NCBI RefSeq assembly: GCF_963676685.1
Contig: NC_092352.1
Location: 43,338,001-43,402,000, forward strand
Direction: 5' to 3'
DNA: 64,000 nt
Source of the DNA: Mytilus edulis
Lineage: Eukaryota
A model generated the notes under the pieces. It saw only the letters and a list, made by a program, of their open reading frames with translations, had not been told where the DNA came from and did no database searches. The position numbers were made by a program, and so were the translations under genes. Position 1 is the stretch's first letter. Each line of letters begins with the position of its first letter. Positions 50,101 through 59,100 of the stretch are shown piece after piece.

Positions 50101-53100
50101 ATAGAAAAAATGCAAATCCTTCTTGTTCAAAAAGCAATGCTGCATTCCTTTCATATGCAGTAACTAGGAATAATCTAGATCTATTCCAGCTTTGTCTATA
50201 GTAGCTTAGAACTTTCCATTTTGCAAAATTAATTATAAAGCTCTTAAACCATGGGTTTTGGGTGCTAATTTTTCAAAGGGAGATGATCTAAACATGTGCT
50301 TTTTATCTCCCTTGATCAACACGTGCTAATAGCAAAGCCTTAGTGGTCAATCTCGCATGAAAATTGGTTTTGACAACATTCAGTATGGTTCACAGTATGT
50401 GTTAATGAAAAATAAACAAGTCCTGCATGCTACCTTATTTTTTACACATCGTCATGCAGTATTTTCATATCAATAAAAGACTGGAAACACTTGTGTCAGC
50501 AAGTTTTAAAATGGAATATTTGACTGCTTATTTTTTGGCAATGTAGGTTAAAAAAGTGGCAAATTCAGATGCCTAAGATGGTAACAACTTTTCAGAAATT
50601 CTACACAATAAATTACCTGGAAATATTTGTATGAAAGGGAGACAAACAAATATTTGTATAAAAGGGAGATAAACCTGATTACATAAGGGAAGTGTGGATT
50701 CAGAAAGACGACAGGATCACTATATGTGCCAATACATTATTACAATATGTGAGTACCGGTATAAATTTCATTACACACAGAACATGTTTTAGTTGTTTTA
50801 GAAATTTATTCATGAGGTCATTTTAGTTCTATCAATAAATGATTTATTTTGTACAATTTCGTTTGAGAATGGTATAAAATTTAAAATTGTGTCAGTTTTA
50901 GAAATTAACCCTTTCGCCGACGAGTCCCGGTTTACCGGGATTCACGCTTCAGACAGCTGACGATGAGTCCCGTTTTACCGGGATCGGAATACCTCTTTTA
51001 TGTTTCCCGCTCAAACAGTGCAAACATGGGTTATCTTTCTTTGATGAGTAACCCGGATAAAAGTGTAAACATGGCGGTTCCGTTTGTTGAAAACCGTGTC
51101 AAAATCAGAGGAAATTTACGGAATTTACGAGAATTTGAAATGAGGGAACATTTTTTTTGAAAGAATATGGAAAAATTGAAGCCAAACTAGTATAATTTTT
51201 TTACATAAAATGTCGTTTTATGTACAAAACAGTTGGAATGGACATCGATCAGTGTGAGGAATTTGTACAGCCTCATAAAATTTTTCAAAATTTTGCCGTT
51301 TTGGGTTAAAAAATTACGATTTGGGGTGAAAGAGTCGAATTTTGAGAATTTCACCTAGATAATGCCGAAAATTTGAAAATTTGAATATTTTATGAAGAAA
51401 AAAATGTCAAAACATGAACAAAACTGTGAACATGGTGTTAGTGAATAAAAGAAATACACAAATAACTATAAACAAGTTTTTATTGACATTTATTATGAAT
51501 ATCTCCCTCTTGAGTAATAGTAGCCAGGGAAGCCATCGTCTCAGAGTAGCTTCTGTCTGGGCAGCAATCGGTGAAAGGGTTAAGCATTCATGATTGTATG
51601 TCAGTGAAAATATGAGATGAAACTAAATATGTGACTTTTCTTATCAATTTTATAATGTCTCACTTACATTTATTTCTAATCAATTTATTCTCCTGATATG
51701 GACAGTGATTACCCACCATTCAACAGATATTGAAATATTTAATTATTATGGGTAAGGGAAAAAAACATTTTTATTTTTTTCGAGGTTGACACAAGAGTTT
51801 CAGTCATACATACAGTTACACAATACCTGAATAATTTGTTGACAATCATTTACTCCGTTAAGCTGTGGAACATTCAGACACAATGATAAAACAACAATAT
51901 ATAAACTTACACTTAAATGTTTTGAACAAATTTCTGAAATTATGATTTAACTAAAATATTCAATAATTCACCACCAAACTGTATATCATCTTTCTTTAAT
52001 GAATCAGTTATAAATAATATCACCAAAAAATCAAAAAAAATCTAAAATTTCAGGGTGCAGAAAAATGGAGATAGAGACATGCCCTTATGAAAATGATGGA
52101 CCGACAAGTAGTACATCTGATAAGTGACATGTCCTTGTAAACATGACAGACAGACATATAGTACATTCCATAAGTGACATGTAAAATATGCCTTTGCGAA
52201 CATGAAAACCAACAAATAGTGCATCTGATTAGTAATATTTAAAAAAATAAAAAATTATAAACCCCATACATTTAAATGTTTAAATTTTTGAATTTTCAAC
52301 CTACTGCAAAGTGGGACAATATTCTATCCATTCAGATTTCTAATAAGTCTTCCTTTCAGCAAAAGAAAGTTAGTGCCTTGCATTATAAATTTTAAATCTC
52401 CTCCATTGACACCTAAAGGGGAGATAAAAACCTCAAAGACACAAATAAGAAAGATACACCCCTCCCCCCTTTTTGGCAAGAAATTACTCCTATTTTCACA
52501 CTCTTTTATCATTTGTTTTTTGTATAAAGTATTTTCTTAAGTTCACAAAAGGTTAGAAAGAATAGTATGCTATCTGGCTATTGAACACAACCAAGACAAA
52601 ACAATATGTATTTACACAACTATGTATATATACATTAAAACTTACTCTTAAGTCATTGACTCTTAATGTGACTTCTTCTTGAGATCGCATTTTTTCTTCC
52701 TCTATCCTCTTTGCTGCCTCTCGAGCCTCTTTAAGTGAGGCATATAATGCAGCTTCCTCTTCTTTTCTCCTGAAAAATACAAACACATTAACTCACTATA
52801 TAAAATGTAGTAATAGTCCTTATCATCATGATCATGTCATATAAGTTTTTTTTTAATTTTTCTGAGACTTTTTCTGCCTCCAACAATATTCTGTATTATT
52901 CCTAACTCAAATTGTTAAAGAAAACCAGAAAATTTTCTTGTCTAGGTAATTATTTTTATAACCACTGAATTTAAAAAGAATTCATATTTGTTTTTACACA
53001 AATATATATTTTTTTTATGTAAAAGGTCTTTTTTTTATAATTTGCAAAACTGGTGAGAAGAATGTTCTATGAAATGAAAATAATCTTATATCTGAAATAC

Positions 53101-56100
53101 ATTTATAAATCATTAGATTCAGTAATCAATATTTACAATTTGAGATATTAAATATAATACAGTTATTTTGATACATTCACCATAACCACTTTACACATAA
53201 AGGAGTAAAAATGAAAGTGGCCACATCCGTGTTCATCCTCAACCTTTATATATGTTATGTATTATCATCAAATACAACTTACATTTCAATATTATGAATG
53301 AACACGAATGCGGCCACTTTCATTTAAGACGGAAACCGTCTGAAATTTAACTAAAATGCTAAAATTGTGAAGATTTCAGTAATTAAGCATGACTTAATGA
53401 TAGTACTACCCGATATATGTGCATTGTATTGTCAAAAACAGCCCATATTTGTGTAGCAGAAGCATTCTGCTTTCCAATAAATAGCTAAAAGATTACATTT
53501 TCACAATTTTGTACAACTGCTATATTTTGGGGCCAAAAAGGGTTCTTACTGAACCTACTCCATTAATACTGAAGATGTTTCATTTCATTTGTGCTGATTA
53601 ATAAAGGTTTTCATTGACAAATTGCTCTTAAATATTATGATGAAACAAAATTGAAATTCTAATATGACGTTCTTCTTTAGCTTTGGTATGGGTTTTAATA
53701 TGGGTAGGCATTATATTTGTCAACATTTAATACCTCGCTAGCACTCGGCATTAAAATATAGACAAATATAATGCCTATATAGCTACCCATGTTAAAATGA
53801 GCATAGAGCATGGCATGAAAGAATTTATTCTTAAATACAACAAGTGAAACTGCGAGCTACTGCTCACTGATGATACCCCAGCAGCAAGTGGATAATATTA
53901 ATAGTGTAAAAATATGCAAGTGTTCGGTAAACAGGAAGTTGTCGAGTGATGAATCTGAAAACGCATCACACGGTATAGCTGATTTATATAAATCCTGAAA
54001 CCAAATTTCAGAAATCCTTGTATTATAGTTCCTGAGAAAAATGTGACGAAAATCTTCACCTTGGCTATCATGTGTAAAATCATACAAGTGTCGGTAAACA
54101 GGAAGTTGTCAAGTGATCAATCTGAAAACACATCACACTGTATAGCTGACTTAGATAAACCCTGAAACCAAATTTCAGAAATCCTTGTATTGTAGTTCCT
54201 GAGAAAAATGCAACGAAAAATATTCATGGGACGGACGGACGGACTGACTGACGGACTGACGTAAGGACAGACAGAGGTAACACAGTATACCCCCCCTTTT
54301 TTAAAGCGGGGGTATAATTACTAGACTGTCACATATACTTCATAATATTTGTTTATATCCCTTTATTTTTAATACATCTTCAATCTATCAGATTTAAGAA
54401 ATCATTTTAGACAAACCACCGACCAATATTTCATTTCATGCTTTATGCCTAATTTATACACTGTTATAAACTAACTTGAGTTCTGCTTCTCGTTCAGCCT
54501 TCTCTCTTTCAAATCTTTTTTGTTCTTCTTCCATTTTCCTTTGAAATTCTTGTTCTTCACTTCTCCTGATTTACAGAGTAAAATCGAATTAACAAATTTA
54601 TTGTGAATGAAATTCATATGACATCCTGTTAGTATGATAGCCTCATTAGGAACCAATTTTTTCATTGACACGTACTACATGTGCTTGGGTATAAGTATGT
54701 GTTATATTTTGGTATCTATATGTGCATATACATGTAGGTACCAAATATTCTGTGTTAGCTACTTTACTGACCTATATTTTTTTCTGTGTGAGCTACTTTA
54801 CTGACCTATATTATTTCTGTGTGAGCTACTTTACTGACCTTGTTTCTTCTATATGAGCTACTTTACTGACTTTGTTTTTCTGTGTGAGCTAATTTACTGA
54901 CTTTGTTTTTTCTGTGTGACCTACTTTACAAACATTATTTTTCTGTATGAGCTACTAAACTGACTTAGTTTTCTCTATGTGAGCTATTTTACTGACTTTG
55001 TTTTCTCTATGTGAGCTACTTTACTGACTGTTTTCTCTATGTGAGCTAATTTACTGAATTTGTTTTCTCTATGTGAACTACTTTACTGACTTTGTTTTCT
55101 CTATGTGAGCTACTTTACTGACTTTGTTTTTTCTATGTGAGCTACTTTACTGGCCTATATTTTTTCTGTGTGAGCTACTTTACTGACTTTGTTTCTTCTA
55201 TGTGAGCTACTTAATTGACTTTGTTTTCTCTATGTGAGCTACTTTACTGACTTTGTTTTCTCTATGTGAGCTACTTTACTGACTTTGTTTTGTCTATGTG
55301 AGCTACTTTACTAACTTTTGTTTTGTCTATGTGAGCTACTTAACTGACTTTGTTTTCTCTATGTGAGCTACTTTACTGACTTTGTTTTCTCTATGTGAGC
55401 TTATTTACTGACTTTGTTTTCTACATGTGAGCTAATTTACTGACTTTGTTTTCTCTATGTGAGCTACTTTACTGACTTTGTTTTCTCTATGTGAGGTACT
55501 TTACTGACTTTGTTTTCTCTATGTGAACTACTTTACTGACTTTGTTTTCTCTATGTGAGCTACTTTACTGAATTTGATTTCTCTATGTGAGCTACTTTAC
55601 TGACTTTGTTTTCTCTATGTGAGCTACTTTACTGACCTTTGTTTTGTCTATGTGAGCTAATTTACTGACTTTGTTTCTTCTATGTGAGCTACTTTACTGA
55701 CTTTGTTTTCTCTATGTGAGCTACTTTACTGACTTTATTTTCTCTTTGTGAGTTATTTTACTGACTTTGTTTCGTCTATGTGAGCTACTTTACTGATTTT
55801 GTTTTGTCTATATGAGCTACTTTACTGACTTTGTTTTCTCTATGTGAGCTTATTTACTGACTTTGTTTTCTACATGTGAGCTAATTTACTGACTTTGTTT
55901 TCTCTATGTGAGCTACTTTACTGACTTTGTTTTCTCTATGTGAGCTACTTTACTGACTTTTGTTTTCTCTTTGTGAGTTATTTAACTGACTTTGTTTCGT
56001 CTATGTGAGCTACTTAACTGATTTTGTTTTGTCTATATGAGCTACTTTACTGACTTTGTTTTGTCTATGTGAGCTAATTTACTGACTTTGTTTTCTCTAA

Positions 56101-59100
56101 GTGAGCTATTTTACTGACTTTGTTTTCTCTATGTGAGATATTTTACTGACTTTGTTTTTTCTGTGTGACCTACTTTACAAACATTATTTTTCTGTATGAG
56201 CTACTAAACTGACTTTGTTTTCTCTATGTGAGCTATTTTACTGACTTTGTTTTCTCTATGTGAGCTACTTTACTGACTGTTTTCTCTATGTGAGCTACTT
56301 TACTGAATTTGTTTTCTCTATGTGAGCTACTTTACTGACTTTGTTTTCTCTATGTGAGCTACTTTACTGACCTTTGTTTTGTCTATGTGAGCTACTTTAC
56401 TGACTTTGTTTTTTCTATGTGAGCTACTTTACTGGCCTATATTATTTCTGTGTGAGCTACTTTACTGACTTTGTTTCTTCTATGTGAGCTACTTAATTGA
56501 CTTTGTTTTCTCTATGTGAGCTACTTTACTGACTTTGTTTTGTCTATTTGAGCTACTTTACTAACTTTTGTTTTGTCTATGTGAGCTACTTAACTGAATT
56601 TGTTTTCTCTATGTGAGCTACTTTACTGACTTTGTTTTCTCTATGTGAGCTTATTTGCTGACTTTGTTTTCTACATGTGAGCTAATTTACTGACTTTGTT
56701 TTCTCTATGTGAGCTACTTTACTGACTTTGTTTTCTCTATGTGAGGTACTTTACTGACTTTGTTTTCTCTATGTGAACTACTTTACTGACTTTGTTTTCT
56801 CTATGTGAGCTACTTTACTGAATTTGTTTTCTCTATGTGAGCTACTTTACTGACTTTGTTTTCTCTATGTGAGCTACTTTACTGACCTTTGTTTTGTCTA
56901 TGTGAGCTACTTTACTGACTTTATAAATATAATTAACACTTATTGTATGAATTCGGGATCTGAAATTTGAAAAAAATAAGTAAATCAAAAGATGCATGTG
57001 TAGGACTTAGGTGGAAGGGTAAACCCTGTTCTTATTGTTTTTACATGTAAACAGCACTTATGTGACGAGACTTGTGATTAAATAATAACATGTGTTTATC
57101 CACGGAGGCTTCCATTGTGTTGTGTGGTTGTAGCAGAACAAGACTATAGAGAGATTCCGAGTATCCAAATGTTTACATTATGAATACACAAGACTCCGCC
57201 TACAGGAATGTGAAATGTACAACTATGCCACACCCACTATTTACGTTAAAAAAAGTTAATACTGAGAGGAGAACTCACGATTAACACAAATAGTGTTACA
57301 TATAATTTTGCCTGGCGCAGTACAAAACTAAATAAAGAGAAAAGGTACATTTAAAATAAAAATATAAACAAGCTAACAAAAAAAGTAACTAAAGGTGAAA
57401 AAAAAAGAAAAAGTAGCATCATTTTTATTACAATGTTCCAATAAGTCTTGTGAGCGATAATTATTCGATTTTCAAAACGATCTCTATACTAGACGCGTAA
57501 TGTTTACGATCTTTTCTTTACGAGTTGGACGAAAGGTGGATCTTTCAAGTACACAAGTATGAATTTTCTTTTTTCCTCATTGGACATCTTGCTTCTCTCT
57601 GCCAGGAGTTCACCGCGACGAGCTGCAAGTGAGGGTGGGAGGTCCGGTACCACACTGTATCCGCACCCCCTAGGCAGTTTTGTGGCAGCACTAAGGATAT
57701 CATCCCTATCTATCAAGTTTGATAGCCTAAGGATTATATTGCGTTTCTTTTCAGGACCATTCGGCAATCTATGTACTGCTGTAAATAGCATACCTTTCAC
57801 CTGCGGAGCAGTAAACCCAAGCCCCTTTTTGTCATTATGCAACCATATACGGACGATGTTTTCAGTGACCTTAGGGGATTCACCGACTTTCCCCTCAATC
57901 CCACGGATAACCAAATTCCATTTTCTTCCCCACACCTCCAATTTCAGACGTTCATTCGCCTCCTCGGCAATGAGTGACTCCAAGTTGGGGATTTTAGAAT
58001 TGTGAATATCATGGAGCTCACCATTGGCAAACTCGGCCTGGTTTTCAAGAACTTTAACCCTCTCGTCGATCTGTTCTTGTTTTTCTTTTAGTTTCTCCAC
58101 TTCAGTATTTATATAAATATGTAGTTTCTGGAAACATTTCCCAATGTCGGCAAAATCTTTGCACTCATAATCAGCCATTGTTATTGTTTAAACAGGTAGA
58201 GGCGGGAATCGCCGATTAAAGACTGGTTAGTTAAGAAGATAATTGAATGAAAGTCACCTCGTTCAGTGTAAAAAGGAAATCCTATATGAATATTACGCTC
58301 TGTGTATTACTCTGTTTAATTGAAATGTTAAATATAAGGCAGATACAAACAATTTACCAGGAGCAATTTTTCTACACGTCTCACAACATGGCTGTCACCG
58401 GAAGTCTCTAACTTTTGTTTTGTCTATGTGAGCTACTTAACTGACTTTGTTTTCTCTATGTGAGCTACTTTACTGACTTTGTTTTCTCTATGTGAGCTTA
58501 TTTACTGACTTTGTTTTCTACATGTGAGCTAATTTACTGACTTTGTTTTCTCTATGTGAGCTACTTTACTGACTTTGTTTTCTCTATGTGAGGTACTTTA
58601 CTGACTTTGTTTTCTCTATGTGAGCTTATTTACTGACTTTGTTTTCTACATGTGAGCTAATTTACTGACTTTGTTTTCTCTATGTGAGCTACTTTACTGA
58701 CTTTGTTTTCTCTATGTGAGCTACTTTACTGACTTTTGTTTTCTCTTTGTGAGTTATTTAACTGACTTTGTTTCGTCTATGTGAGCTACTTAACTGATTT
58801 TGTTTTGTCTATATGAGCTACTTTACTGACTTTGTTTTGTCTATGTGAGCTAATTTACTGACTTTGTTTTCTCTAAGTGAGCTATTTTACTGACTTTGTT
58901 TTCTCTATGTGAGATATTTTACTGACTTTGTTTTTTCTGTGTGACCTACTTTACAAACATTATTTTTCTGTATGAGCTACTAAACTGACTTTGTTTTCTC
59001 TATGTGAGCTATTTTACTGACTTTGTTTTCTCTATGTGAGCTACTTTACTGACTGTTTTCTCTATGTGAGCTACTTTACTGAATTTGTTTTCTCTATGTG

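Larger units (their letters stand above)
56923..58407 (-). mobile_element. L1/Tx1-like non-LTR retroelement carrying ORF1 only, inserted in the minisatellite
   Basis: Unique 1.48-kb sequence with sharp junctions. The 5' end on - strand reads AGACTTCCGGTGACAGCCATGTTG, followed by a ~230-nt leader, an intact ORF1p-like ORF and a ~580-nt tail. No endonuclease or RT ORF. Confidence 0.8.

Noticed and set aside
54471-54671. 66-aa ORF as given in the track
   Set aside because: Wrong frame; the real SH2D4 exon 54476-54565 is read in another frame.
57559-58005. 148-aa + strand ORF
   Set aside because: Antisense shadow of the ORF1p-like gene; no recognisable motifs.
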